IMG/VR virus record: IMGVR_UViG_3300027808_001469
Span: 1-38,367 of that record
Length of the DNA: 38,367 bases
DNA from: a virus
Lineage: Duplodnaviria; Caudoviricetes
Strand: one strand, 5' to 3'
Shown piece after piece: positions 16,061 through 25,458 of this stretch. Below the pieces are notes generated by a model, which saw only the letters and a list, made by a program, of their open reading frames with translations, searched no databases and was not told the DNA's origin. Made by a program: the position numbers and the translations under genes. Each line of letters opens with the position of its first letter. Position 1 is the stretch's first letter.

Positions 16061-17860
16061 TTATCCCTCACATGCCATACACGCACCATCATCAGTAGTT
16101 AATGCTGTCAAGTTAATTTCTTTAATAATTTCTCGTTCAATTCGTTTTGATACTTTATCTGCTTTAGCAATCTTATCACTACGGCAGTAGTACATAGTTT
16201 TTAATCCAGACTTCCATGCTTGGAAGTGAACCGCATGAATATACTTGATGTGACTATCTGGTCTAAAGAATACATTTAACGATTGTGCTTGGTCGATATA
16301 TTGTTGCCTGTCGGCAGCGTGTTGAATGACCCAACGCTGGTCAATTTCCATAGAAGTTTTGAAGACATCTTTCTCCCAGTCTCCCAACCAATCCAAGTGC
16401 TGAACACTACCATCATTCGCAATGATGCTAGACCATACTTCGTCTGACCAACCTTCTTTATGATTGACTGCTTGTTTTTGAATAATCGCATCGAGCCACC
16501 TGTTCTTATTTAAGTGGGATCCTGATAAAGTGTCTTGACGATAAGCATTAGCACGATAAGGTTCAATGCTAGGAGAAGTATTACCCATAAGAATGGAAGA
16601 ACTAGCATTAGGAGCAATAGCCATGAGATGACTAAACCTATTCCCAGTACCCACAGCATCCAACGCTTCACCACGTTCCAATCCAAGTTTTTTATTAGCA
16701 TCATCTAGTTTTCCTCTTATGTGCGCAAAGATTTGTTTGTTTCTTCCGACTGCCATAGCTGATTCCCATGGCAGATTAGTTCGTTGTAGATAAGCATGCC
16801 AACCCAAAGCACCGATCCCAATGCTGCGCTCACGTATGGCAGAATACCTTGCACGCTTAATGGTGTCAGGAGCATTAAGAATGAAATACTCCAGAACATT
16901 ATCCAACATTTCAGCAATATCAGCAAGGAACAAAGGATCAGATTTCCATTCATCATAATACTCCAAATTTACAGATGATAAACAACAAACAGCAGTACGC
17001 TCTTCGTTAGTTGGTAGAATAATTTCTGAACAAAGGTTTGACTGATTAATCTTTAATCCAAGATCTTTCAAGTGCTGTGGCATTTTACGATTTGATTCAT
17101 CGATAAAGTGCAAGTATGGTTCGCCTGTCATCATACGCATCTCAAGAATACGTTGCCACAATTCTTTGGCTGATACTGTTTCACGAACTTCGTTAGAAGC
17201 TGGATCAACTAATTTCCATGAGTCATCAAAGTTTGGATCAAGCATAGACTGCTCAATAATTTCCATAAATGCATCTGGGATATTAATTCCATGGTGCATG
17301 TTCAGACAACGCATATTCTGGTCGCCTGTTGGTTTTCTCATCTCAAGAAAAGATATAATATCAGGATGGCTAATGTCCAGATAAGCAGCGTAGCTACCCC
17401 TGCGAGTACGACCTTGACGATAAGCAAGAGATGAGGCATCATACATTTTAAGGTGGGGCATGACTCCAGTAGATTTATCATCCGCTGAACGAATGCCAAA
17501 GCCAATGCCGACACCACCGCCCAACATTGAAAGCCAATTTGTTTCAGATAGATTATCAACTAGACCCTCAGCAGTATCTTCAATGAAGTTAAGAAAACAT
17601 GATATAGGCAGACCACGCTTACTGCGACCAAAAGAAAGAATGGGAGTAGAATAAGACAACCAATGAAGACTGGAGTATTCATATAGTCGCTGTGCATGTT
17701 CTGGAGTGCTTCCGAAAGTCGATGAAACATATGCAAACCTTTCTTGAGGTGAAACCTCTTCATCCTTCATGTAAGATTCTTTTAATCTAATTCTACCCAA
17801 CTCATCAAACAATTTATCACGTGTATAGTCTACCGTTATGCCATGCACAATGTCATTCAT
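16061..17860 (-). CDS. nrdA: Ribonucleotide reductase class I alpha subunit (short, no obvious ATP cone)
   Basis: PISCF, SNLCSEI, AIAPNASSS, KTMYY, C-terminal CMACEG. Confidence 0.95.
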   Translation of the reverse strand: MNDIVHGITVDYTRDKLFDELGRIRLKESYMKDEEVSPQERFAYVSSTFGSTPEHAQRLYEYSSLHWLSYSTPILSFGRSKRGLPISCFLNFIEDTAEGLVDNLSETNWLSMLGGGVGIGFGIRSADDKSTGVMPHLKMYDASSLAYRQGRTRRGSYAAYLDISHPDIISFLEMRKPTGDQNMRCLNMHHGINIPDAFMEIIEQSMLDPNFDDSWKLVDPASNEVRETVSAKELWQRILEMRMMTGEPYLHFIDESNRKMPQHLKDLGLKINQSNLCSEIILPTNEERTAVCCLSSVNLEYYDEWKSDPLFLADIAEMLDNVLEYFILNAPDTIKRARYSAIRERSIGIGALGWHAYLQRTNLPWESAMAVGRNKQIFAHIRGKLDDANKKLGLERGEALDAVGTGNRFSHLMAIAPNASSSILMGNTSPSIEPYRANAYRQDTLSGSHLNKNRWLDAIIQKQAVNHKEGWSDEVWSSIIANDGSVQHLDWLGDWEKDVFKTSMEIDQRWVIQHAADRQQYIDQAQSLNVFFRPDSHIKYIHAVHFQAWKSGLKTMYYCRSDKIAKADKVSKRIEREIIKEINLTALTTDDGACMACEG

Positions 17861-17879
17861 ATTTCTTGCCCCAATATTC

Positions 17880-18560
17880 TTATAGTTTTATTAATTCATT
17901 TGCTAGAGGGAATACCTCAGCAATAACCTTTGCGCAGTGTCGTGCGACTTCTTGGTGTTCTTTTTGTGTACCATCTGCAGATCGGAGTTCAATAAAGTGA
18001 ATCCAGCTACGCAATGTACCATTCATATAAAGACGAGAAACAGTCAGTCCTTCTGGCAGTACTGCTCTTGCTTGTTCTTTTGCAATCCCATTTACGATTG
18101 CCCACTCATAAGCATTTTTACATTCTTCAATCACTCGCTTTTGTCTCTCTTCCCACCATGCTTGTAATGCTAAGTTGTCAGTCACAATACTATTTTGACG
18201 ATTATTCGTATCTTGGAGTCGGGCTTCCCTAAGAACGAAAGATAAGTCTTTTGTTGGATCAGCATATCGCTGGCTAAATTCTTGGAACGAGAAAGAACGA
18301 TGACGCAAGATTTGTCTTGCTATGTCACGAGTTGTTTCAATTTCTAAACAAGCACTGACCATTTCTAGTGGTGACCAGTGTTGATGTTTAATTAAATACT
18401 TAATTAACTTCTCTGATGTATCTGTGTTGAACTGGTTGCTGGGATTACTCACTCTAGCACAAAAGGCAACTAACTCTTGTACATCTACTAAACCTTCTTT
18501 ATACATTTCTTCCGAAGGTTTACTATAACTTATCATTCTAACATTCATATTTTCTTCCAT
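17880..18560 (-). CDS. thyX: Flavin-dependent thymidylate synthase
   Basis: HWSPLE, RQILRHRSFSFQEFSQRY, EQARAVLP; start may be 18548. Confidence 0.95.
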   Translation of the reverse strand: MEENMNVRMISYSKPSEEMYKEGLVDVQELVAFCARVSNPSNQFNTDTSEKLIKYLIKHQHWSPLEMVSACLEIETTRDIARQILRHRSFSFQEFSQRYADPTKDLSFVLREARLQDTNNRQNSIVTDNLALQAWWEERQKRVIEECKNAYEWAIVNGIAKEQARAVLPEGLTVSRLYMNGTLRSWIHFIELRSADGTQKEHQEVARHCAKVIAEVFPLANELIKL

Positions 18561-19579
18561 GTACTAAATTTCAACTTTGCTTCTATACCTGCGAAGGTAT
18601 TGGTATTTATGACTTCAGCGATTTCATCGGCAGTCATTCCGCCATGTAAAATCATTTCATTCACATCTTTCTGTTGAATATGTTCTGGGAACATACAGAC
18701 AGAATAACCTAAATTGATATACTTTTCTAACTGTTTGACAATATCTTTATTTCTTGGCTCATTGTCCATTACAATAGTGGCATTAGCAAGAATACTCCGA
18801 ATAGTAGGGGTATCAAAACTTGCTCCTGAAACAGCCACTGCGTTTGGTAGAAAAAGCGAGTCAATTGGTCCTTCGACCACAAGTATCCTTTTAGCATAAT
18901 CAATCCTTTCAAGTCCATAAATTTTTTCCTGAGTCTCATCCACCTTGATGGTATAATACTTAGGCTCTTCATTTCCATACGCTCTAGCTTGATATGCAAA
19001 ACACTTACCAGCATTAGTAAAGAATGGAATAATCATCCTTGGATGGTCGTCTTGTATTGGCTCTTGGAATTTAGCAATCACTGAATTAGTGTATGCTTTA
19101 AATTTTGGAGCAAAGTACAACAGACTCCATTTATCCTTTGGAATCTTTCTTTTAACTACATACTGAACAGCAGGATGTGTCAGCGGTAGTTTGTCTAATC
19201 TTAAGAGAGATGACAGAATATCATCTTCAAGAAGATCTTCTGATTCTGTCTCAAAAATTACTTGTGTGTCAGCAATGTCTTTGTGATCATTATATCTTGT
19301 TGCACCAGACTTGTATCTTTCAAGCACATACTCATCATACAATTTTGTATCAACATACTTAATAAGATTACCTATGTTAGTACCGTAACCACAGTTGTGA
19401 CATTTTACAAATAGATCTGCCTTTGCACGATAGATATAACCACGTGCTTTTAATTTATTGGATGTGCTATCCCCACAAACTGGACACGAATAGTTCCAGA
19501 GATAATCTTTCTTTTGTTTGAAGTTGCGCAAGCGACCACCCAGTATTTGGGCGTACTTTGCATCAATGTATAACATCAC
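18545..19579 (-). CDS. gp61: DNA primase gp61
   Basis: CPVCGD...CHNC zinc finger, VEGPIDSLF, DNEPRN, KDVNE. Confidence 0.95.
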   Translation of the reverse strand: MMLYIDAKYAQILGGRLRNFKQKKDYLWNYSCPVCGDSTSNKLKARGYIYRAKADLFVKCHNCGYGTNIGNLIKYVDTKLYDEYVLERYKSGATRYNDHKDIADTQVIFETESEDLLEDDILSSLLRLDKLPLTHPAVQYVVKRKIPKDKWSLLYFAPKFKAYTNSVIAKFQEPIQDDHPRMIIPFFTNAGKCFAYQARAYGNEEPKYYTIKVDETQEKIYGLERIDYAKRILVVEGPIDSLFLPNAVAVSGASFDTPTIRSILANATIVMDNEPRNKDIVKQLEKYINLGYSVCMFPEHIQQKDVNEMILHGGMTADEIAEVINTNTFAGIEAKLKFSTWKKI

Positions 19580-19600
19580 AAATCTCCACTAGTAGAGTAC

Positions 19601-19629
19601 ATTATACCCTACTTATCATTACAAAGCAA
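19601..19629 (-). promoter_or_regulatory. Promoter TTGCTT-N17-TATAAT for the primase/thyX/nrd operon
   Basis: -35 (MotA-box-like) at 19629-19624, -10 at 19606-19601. Confidence 0.7.
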
Positions 19630-19632
19630 GTT

Positions 19633-19986
19633 TTATTTTAAAAACTTTGCAATTTCAGCTAAATGACCAATAATAAAACCTACAGTTCCTGCACCGCCAA
19701 TTACATACCACTTCCACTGTTCAAGTGCTGCAACTCTGCCGTTCATTTTCTCTAAATCTTGAACAACATCTTTTTTAATGTCAGCATGTTGGTCTTGAGA
19801 GATTTGTGCATTGGCTTGCATCTTATGTTCGATGCGTGTTTGCATATCGTCAATCTTGTCAACGATTTCTCTATTGGATGTAGTGATACGAGAGTGTACC
19901 TCTTTGAGATCAGATTTCAACTCTTTTACATCCTCTTTTATGGTTTCTACTTGTGCTTCCAATTTGGCTAGTCTTTCTGTGTCCAT
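19633..19986 (-). CDS. Coiled-coil protein with C-terminal TM (XhlA/holin-like), lysis module
   Basis: Heptads then RVAALEQWKWYVIGG; coupled to the spanins. Confidence 0.6.
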   Translation of the reverse strand: MDTERLAKLEAQVETIKEDVKELKSDLKEVHSRITTSNREIVDKIDDMQTRIEHKMQANAQISQDQHADIKKDVVQDLEKMNGRVAALEQWKWYVIGGAGTVGFIIGHLAEIAKFLK

Positions 19987-20252
19987 TATTTTACACTCTC
20001 AAAAATATTTTTTTGTGCATTGTACCATTCAATCCAAGTACTAACCTTAATTTTGCATTCATGGTATTGACCGTAATTGTCCACTACGACTTTCAACACT
20101 TCACTTAACTTTTCAGTAGGTTCAGTTTTCTTCAAGTCAGGACACATCTCCATAAGTTCAGCTGGAACTGATGGAAAATTTCTTTTAACTGGTGTCGAAC
20201 TGCAACCAGCTAATATTAATATTGTTAGAGCAATTGGTAAAAAGGTTTTCAT
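19986..20252 (-). CDS. o-spanin (Rz1-like lipoprotein)
   Basis: Lipobox LAGC, Pro-rich FPSVPAELM..CP.L, NY..YHEC. Confidence 0.85.
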   Translation of the reverse strand: MKTFLPIALTILILAGCSSTPVKRNFPSVPAELMEMCPDLKKTEPTEKLSEVLKVVVDNYGQYHECKIKVSTWIEWYNAQKNIFESVK

Positions 20253-20710
20253 CTTTTTACTCCGCCTGGAATTGCTGCTTCATTTAGTATATTAATTGCT
20301 TCTGGTGCAAGTTTACATTCAGAATCAACTTTAATTTCTACTTCTTTAATTTTTTCTTGTATTACAATTTGTGTTTCTTTAACAACTTTAACTTTGTCTT
20401 TGTAGACAGTGACAATCTTTTCAGTCACTTCTTTAGACTGTTGCTCAGAGATTGCGATTTTGGCTTCAAGTTCAGCAACCTTTTCTCTCCATTCCATTTC
20501 AACAGAGTATCCACCTTTGAGGTAAACACCTATAACCATGAGCACAACGCTTACCACTTTTATTAGTAAGTGATAAGGTGCAACGACTGGAAGCCAACGA
20601 ACTACATAATCAAAGAAAAGAGATGCTACAAATCCAACAATGCCAGTAATAAGGATAGTATTAATTATCCATGCTAAAAGTGCATCAGGAAGAAACGCTA
20701 ACATCCACAT
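20249..20710 (-). CDS. i-spanin (Rz-like)
   Basis: N-terminal TMs, coiled coil, C-terminal Cys, overlaps the o-spanin start. Confidence 0.8.
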   Translation of the reverse strand: MWMLAFLPDALLAWIINTILITGIVGFVASLFFDYVVRWLPVVAPYHLLIKVVSVVLMVIGVYLKGGYSVEMEWREKVAELEAKIAISEQQSKEVTEKIVTVYKDKVKVVKETQIVIQEKIKEVEIKVDSECKLAPEAINILNEAAIPGGVKR

Positions 20711-20712
20711 TA

Positions 20713-21225
20713 TTAAACTACCTCTGGTTTCGGACGACGAACCATTGACATTTTATATTTTTTGATTTCTTTAGTACCAATCTTAGGTTCATCTGTAGAA
20801 ACTGCAGCACCAGTTGAATTTGCTGGTGCTTCTTCATTAAGAAATCTTTTAACTAAAATTTCTTCTTCAACAAGAGAACAGTTATTATCCAATAACTTTG
20901 TGATCTTTTCAAATTTATCTTCCATTAATGCAGTTGAACGATTACCAGATTGGTATTGTTCTTTAACCAAAAACAATGCTGCAATTAAAGATTTAAGTTT
21001 ATTCTCACCACCAATTTTATTGATGATTTTTTTCATGTTAAACACTAAGCGAGTTAAAAATGTGTAAGCATCCTTCTCTTCAGAACTTTTAAGAGTGCTA
21101 ACTTTCTTTAGATTTTTACCATCTTTATCAATGATACCTAATTTGTATGCTTTTGTATCTTCAAAGTTAGTGACTAACATTGAAAGAATTTTATATGCAA
21201 GCAAATTATCTATAATGCGACTCAT
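20713..21225 (-). CDS. Conserved T4-like hypothetical protein
   Basis: AYKLGIIDKDGK...EEKDAYT...RLVFNMKK. Confidence 0.75.
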   Translation of the reverse strand: MSRIIDNLLAYKILSMLVTNFEDTKAYKLGIIDKDGKNLKKVSTLKSSEEKDAYTFLTRLVFNMKKIINKIGGENKLKSLIAALFLVKEQYQSGNRSTALMEDKFEKITKLLDNNCSLVEEEILVKRFLNEEAPANSTGAAVSTDEPKIGTKEIKKYKMSMVRRPKPEVV

Positions 21226-21605
21226 TAGATCTTCCTTAGTGTTGCAATAATCACTTCATCCAAAACAATGTCAGATAAAATAATATTAAATTCTGGTAAA
21301 GATTCAGGCATTCTTTCAAGATATACTAAAAATGTTATCAAAGAATCCCAACATGATTTTTCTATTTTATGAAACAACATTTTAGTTGCTGAATCTCCAA
21401 ATATATTGTACAGCACAATAATGTGATTAAGAATCAATCTTTCTTTAAGTTCACCATTATTTTTATACCTTGAGAACAACTTCTTAAGATATAAAAACTT
21501 CTTTATGTCTTCTTCAAATTCTTGTAGACTATGGCACTGCGGATTATCGTAGTGATGCATTGCGTATACAAGAAAGTTGTCTTCATTTAGTTTTTCACTA
21601 ACCAT
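21225..21605 (-). CDS. Conserved T4-like hypothetical protein
   Basis: YDNPQC...EFEED...LKERLILNHIIVLYNIFG. Confidence 0.75.
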   Translation of the reverse strand: MVSEKLNEDNFLVYAMHHYDNPQCHSLQEFEEDIKKFLYLKKLFSRYKNNGELKERLILNHIIVLYNIFGDSATKMLFHKIEKSCWDSLITFLVYLERMPESLPEFNIILSDIVLDEVIIATLRKI

Positions 21606-21613
21606 ATTATCTT

Positions 21614-21644
21614 CAAAAAGTAGAAGGAGACCAACTCTCCTTCT
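21614..21644 (-). terminator. Intrinsic terminator
   Basis: AGAAGGAGA-N5-TCTCCTTCT-ACTTTTT. Confidence 0.65.
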
Positions 21645-21660
21645 TTACATTATGTATTTA

Positions 21661-22425
21661 TTATGCGTCAGGAAGGACTGTATCGTCAGATGCGTCAGAA
21701 CCAATAGAACCCATGGCAACTAATGTTTCAGTAGTAATACGACCAGCACGACCGCCAGTACCAACAGTACGAAGAACCCAACCAGCGTGAGTAGCAGCAA
21801 TACCAGTAGCACCAAAACCTTTAGAAGCAGTAGCAGTTGCTTGGATCGTTGCTACTGCAGTAGCAAGTTCAAAGTATTGAGCATCGTTACCTTGACCAGT
21901 AATGTCAACAGTTGATCCAGCATCAGTAGCAGAAACTTTAAACGCATTGGCAGTTAGACCAGAAACAGTAACATAATATGTTGTGTTATTTGTTAGACCA
22001 GTTGCAGCAGTGCCACCACCATGGAAGTACTTAACAGCATCACCAGTATTTAGACCATGCGCTGTATAAGCGATAGTGTCAGTAGCAGTATCGATTGATG
22101 CTAAAGGAATAGTGCGTCTTGGGATTGCGATCGCAACAGTCGGTGCTGAAGTATATGCAGAACCCACGTTTGTAACAGTAACTGCAGTAACTGCACCACC
22201 AGCGATAGTAGCAGTAGCTGCAGCAGAAGATCCTGCGCCACCCGAGAAGGTAACTGCAGGTGCTTCTAGATAACGTGCACCGCCAGCAGCAACTGCAACT
22301 GAAGTTACGTTATCGCCACCTGCTGTGATTTCAGTAGTATCCATACCGAATGTTTTTGCTTTGTCAGCGTCTGAAAGGTATTTTGGTTTACCTGCAGCGC
22401 CATCTGTATTTGTCCATAGTGCCAT
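21661..22425 (-). CDS. Probable virion structural / decoration protein
   Basis: Ala/Thr/Gly-rich; MALW..TD, HAGWV, GRITTETLVAM; AAGGAG SD. Confidence 0.65.
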   Translation of the reverse strand: MALWTNTDGAAGKPKYLSDADKAKTFGMDTTEITAGGDNVTSVAVAAGGARYLEAPAVTFSGGAGSSAAATATIAGGAVTAVTVTNVGSAYTSAPTVAIAIPRRTIPLASIDTATDTIAYTAHGLNTGDAVKYFHGGGTAATGLTNNTTYYVTVSGLTANAFKVSATDAGSTVDITGQGNDAQYFELATAVATIQATATASKGFGATGIAATHAGWVLRTVGTGGRAGRITTETLVAMGSIGSDASDDTVLPDA

Positions 22426-22452
22426 TTTATTCTCCTTGAATTAAACTTTAAT

Positions 22453-24450
22453 TTATTTTGTATGTAGTTTAGAATTACCAAAATTCTTACGAGCACCAGA
22501 TTGTGCTCCAGCTGGACGACCACGCCCACGCTTTTCAGGCGTAACCTTTACTGGTTTCTTATCATCATAATCATCTTCTCCTTCTGGATCAACATAACTT
22601 GCTCCATAAGAACGACCTTTAACTTGAGTGACTCCACCTGGACCTGGAGTGTACTCTAGTAGATTAGAAATAAAATCACTATAAGAAAGTGTTTTAAATT
22701 CTTTTAGATTAGAAGATACTTTAAACTTATGTACTTCACCAGCACCTAGTTTACCATCTTTGTTTGCTTTGATATGAACTTCACCATTAGTATTGTGCTT
22801 AACAACACCAGAAATTTTATCACCAGTCTTAGAGTGGTAGAAGTCCATCTCTTGTCCAGTCTTCATATGCTTTGCCATGTCTGGGTGCATCAATCCTTGA
22901 GAAGCAAATTCACGATGATTGGCTTCGTCAATCTGTTCGACTTCTTCTTTGGTCAAACGATCAACTGCTTTTTCAAGACCATCTCTGCGCTTCCAAGATT
23001 TTTGTTTATATTTGCTGGATAGTTCGGTGTTAGAATCTTTCATACCTGGACTTCTTGCTCTGTCAGCCCTGTTTTCAAAGTCTGCGCCAATTTTACGAGT
23101 AATTGTAGCATCACGGGATGCTTTCTTTACATAATTCCCAAGAGTACCCTTTGACAATTCGTCGATTGATTCAGCTTCTTCTTTAACATTCGTTGGCATA
23201 CCATTGATTGGTTTGCGTGATGCTTTCAACGCTTTATTCTCTGGAGTACCCTTGATGTATTTTCTATCTGGGACTGGGGCAACAGGTGCTTGCTCTTCTA
23301 ATTCAGAGTGTAGATAATCAGCAGCAGTTACAATATAATCAGAGGCAAGAGTAATCTTAGATTGAACCCACTCTGGAAGATCAGTATCTGGCTTTAGTGT
23401 TTCTTTAATCATTTCAGCACAACGAATTAGTGTTGACAATTGATTCATAGCCATGTCACCTTCGTAACCATACTCTTGTTCGTCTTTAGATTCTCTGTTT
23501 AAAATTCTTTTATTTGCTTTTCTAACACCAGTTATTCTATTCATCGAACTATTTCCTGGTTTACCATCTCTGTAATCTTTATAAACTTTGTCTTTATAAG
23601 AATTTAATGTATTCGTTGATAACTCATCAATAGATTCAACTTCTTCGTTTGTTTTTTTATTTGAAGCAGCAATAGCCTTTTTAGCAAGTTCACGTGCACG
23701 ACTCATTGGTGATTGCATAGTACCATCTGAGTTTTTAACAGGTGCAGTCTTTGTATATGGACCATCAAATGGAGGATCTTCTTTCTTTGATTCATCTACT
23801 TTCATCTTATCTTTCTTTTCTGTTTCTTCTCCAGAATTAAACACGATTTCTTTATGAGACTTACGACCAGATGGACTAGTTTTATAGTCTGCACGAGCCA
23901 TACGATCGTCAGATTCTTTTAAATCATTATGTTTAACTGTAGTTTTTGGTCCATTATTAGCACTTTGGAAATGAACATCTTCACCAGACTTCTTTGCTGT
24001 CCAGTGACGACCTGTCTCATCTTTAAACTTATGTTCTTGCTGGTCTTTTAAATTAGCAATAGCTTCATGGTGTTCTGGGTGCAGAGGAATAGAGAAATCA
24101 GAACCATGATGAACAGTCTTCATAGTTCCCCATGAATACTTCTGTGTTTTAACAGTGGCTTCTTCTAACTTACGCCAATCACGCATACCATGGTGACGAT
24201 CTAAATGACGCTCTAAAGTTTTCTTATCTTCTGGAGTTGTTTTATTATGATAGTATGCTTTTTTAACAGTAGCAGCATCATACATTTTGGGATTACCAGC
24301 AATCTCAGAAGGATCTAATGCTTCTTCTAACTCTTCTGTTTCTTCTTTACGTAGAAGTTTAAAGTCATGATCATCGATTTGACCATTCTTATTCTTGTCG
24401 ATCTTATGTTGCTTACCCTTCAACGCTTCCATAAATGATTTAAATTGCAT
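22453..24450 (-). CDS. Modular internal-head-type protein, 665 aa
   Basis: MQFKSFMEA N-terminus, EF-hand-like DKNKNGQIDDHDF, two SIDELS..TL..Y repeats, LPEWVQSKIT module, AT-hook RGRGRP. Confidence 0.7.
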   Translation of the reverse strand: MQFKSFMEALKGKQHKIDKNKNGQIDDHDFKLLRKEETEELEEALDPSEIAGNPKMYDAATVKKAYYHNKTTPEDKKTLERHLDRHHGMRDWRKLEEATVKTQKYSWGTMKTVHHGSDFSIPLHPEHHEAIANLKDQQEHKFKDETGRHWTAKKSGEDVHFQSANNGPKTTVKHNDLKESDDRMARADYKTSPSGRKSHKEIVFNSGEETEKKDKMKVDESKKEDPPFDGPYTKTAPVKNSDGTMQSPMSRARELAKKAIAASNKKTNEEVESIDELSTNTLNSYKDKVYKDYRDGKPGNSSMNRITGVRKANKRILNRESKDEQEYGYEGDMAMNQLSTLIRCAEMIKETLKPDTDLPEWVQSKITLASDYIVTAADYLHSELEEQAPVAPVPDRKYIKGTPENKALKASRKPINGMPTNVKEEAESIDELSKGTLGNYVKKASRDATITRKIGADFENRADRARSPGMKDSNTELSSKYKQKSWKRRDGLEKAVDRLTKEEVEQIDEANHREFASQGLMHPDMAKHMKTGQEMDFYHSKTGDKISGVVKHNTNGEVHIKANKDGKLGAGEVHKFKVSSNLKEFKTLSYSDFISNLLEYTPGPGGVTQVKGRSYGASYVDPEGEDDYDDKKPVKVTPEKRGRGRPAGAQSGARKNFGNSKLHTK

Positions 24451-24471
24451 GTTTCTTCTCCAGTTATTTCT

Positions 24472-24478
24472 TATTTAG
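24472..24478 (-). promoter_or_regulatory. Late-promoter-like CTAAATA
   Basis: Intergenic, upstream of a GGAG SD. Confidence 0.55.
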
Positions 24479-24483
24479 TTTTA

Positions 24484-25449
24484 TTAACAGTTCCATTTAC
24501 GCAGAGCCAACGCTTTACGTGTTGGTTCACCATTTGGTTTCTTCATTGCGCCTTCCATGCCACCCATACGTGCGCAGAAACTCTTACGACGATTGGCAGC
24601 TTTACTACCAGCTTTTAGTTTTGATGGTGGAGTTGTTACTGGTGCTTGTAGATTTGCACCTTTAGCATTGTATGCGTCACGACCTTTTTGAGTTAGACCA
24701 CCAGTAGAACTTTTGTGTCCTTTGGCATCAACTGCAGCTTCGTAAAGGGTAACATCATCTACTGCTTCAAACTTTTCCCAAACAAGTTCAGGATCCATGC
24801 TATACTCTTCTGCCATTGCCATTACCATCTCTTCGATAACATCAAACTGTGCTTCGACTTCTTCATTCTTTGGTACGCAATCAGGAACCATACGGTTGCC
24901 TTTCTTTTTCATACCAACTTGCTTGTGCGTATCCCAGCATGCTTCGTAGATCTCTTCTTCCATATCTTCGCCAAACATAGCACGATACTTTAGTGTATGT
25001 TTACTTGGTTTAGTTTTAGCGTTTGCATCTCCAGGTGCTGGTTCATATGCTGATGGATCACTGTCACTTTTCTTATCCATCTTATCAAAATGTGCAGCAC
25101 GTGCTTTGGCAGTTGACGTAGAAAGACCAGCAACATATTTCTTTGGTAAACCAGACTCTTTATCTTTTGGTACTTCAGGTAATTTCTTTTCTTGTAATTC
25201 TTCTTCGTGTAGATCTTTATCTGCTCCACCATATGTTCCCTTACCTTTACCGATGTAAGAGTTTACACGAGCCATACCCCATTGTTGTGGAGTAGTTCCT
25301 GGACGATGACCAGAATTCCATGCAGCTACACCACGACGATATACCTTGCGCAGAGTACCAATTGAGATACCAGACTTGCTGGCTTTTGCTGCTAATCCTG
25401 CATCAGCAGTTTCGCAAATCGTAGTTAAATATTGTTGAAATGAGATCAT
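24484..25449 (-). CDS. Modular internal-head-type protein, 321 aa
   Basis: MISFQQYL..ICE; basic modules (VYRRGVAAW..WGMARVN; KTKPSKHT; CW..VPDCVP; RRKSFCARM..KWNC) separated by Glu-rich linkers. Confidence 0.7.
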   Translation of the reverse strand: MISFQQYLTTICETADAGLAAKASKSGISIGTLRKVYRRGVAAWNSGHRPGTTPQQWGMARVNSYIGKGKGTYGGADKDLHEEELQEKKLPEVPKDKESGLPKKYVAGLSTSTAKARAAHFDKMDKKSDSDPSAYEPAPGDANAKTKPSKHTLKYRAMFGEDMEEEIYEACWDTHKQVGMKKKGNRMVPDCVPKNEEVEAQFDVIEEMVMAMAEEYSMDPELVWEKFEAVDDVTLYEAAVDAKGHKSSTGGLTQKGRDAYNAKGANLQAPVTTPPSKLKAGSKAANRRKSFCARMGGMEGAMKKPNGEPTRKALALRKWNC

Positions 25450-25458
25450 TATGTTTCC

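Noticed and set aside
14575-18560. Introns or inteins in nrdA, nrdB or thyX (also checked gp41)
   Set aside because: ORFs are continuous and of normal or short length, with no splicing motifs seen.
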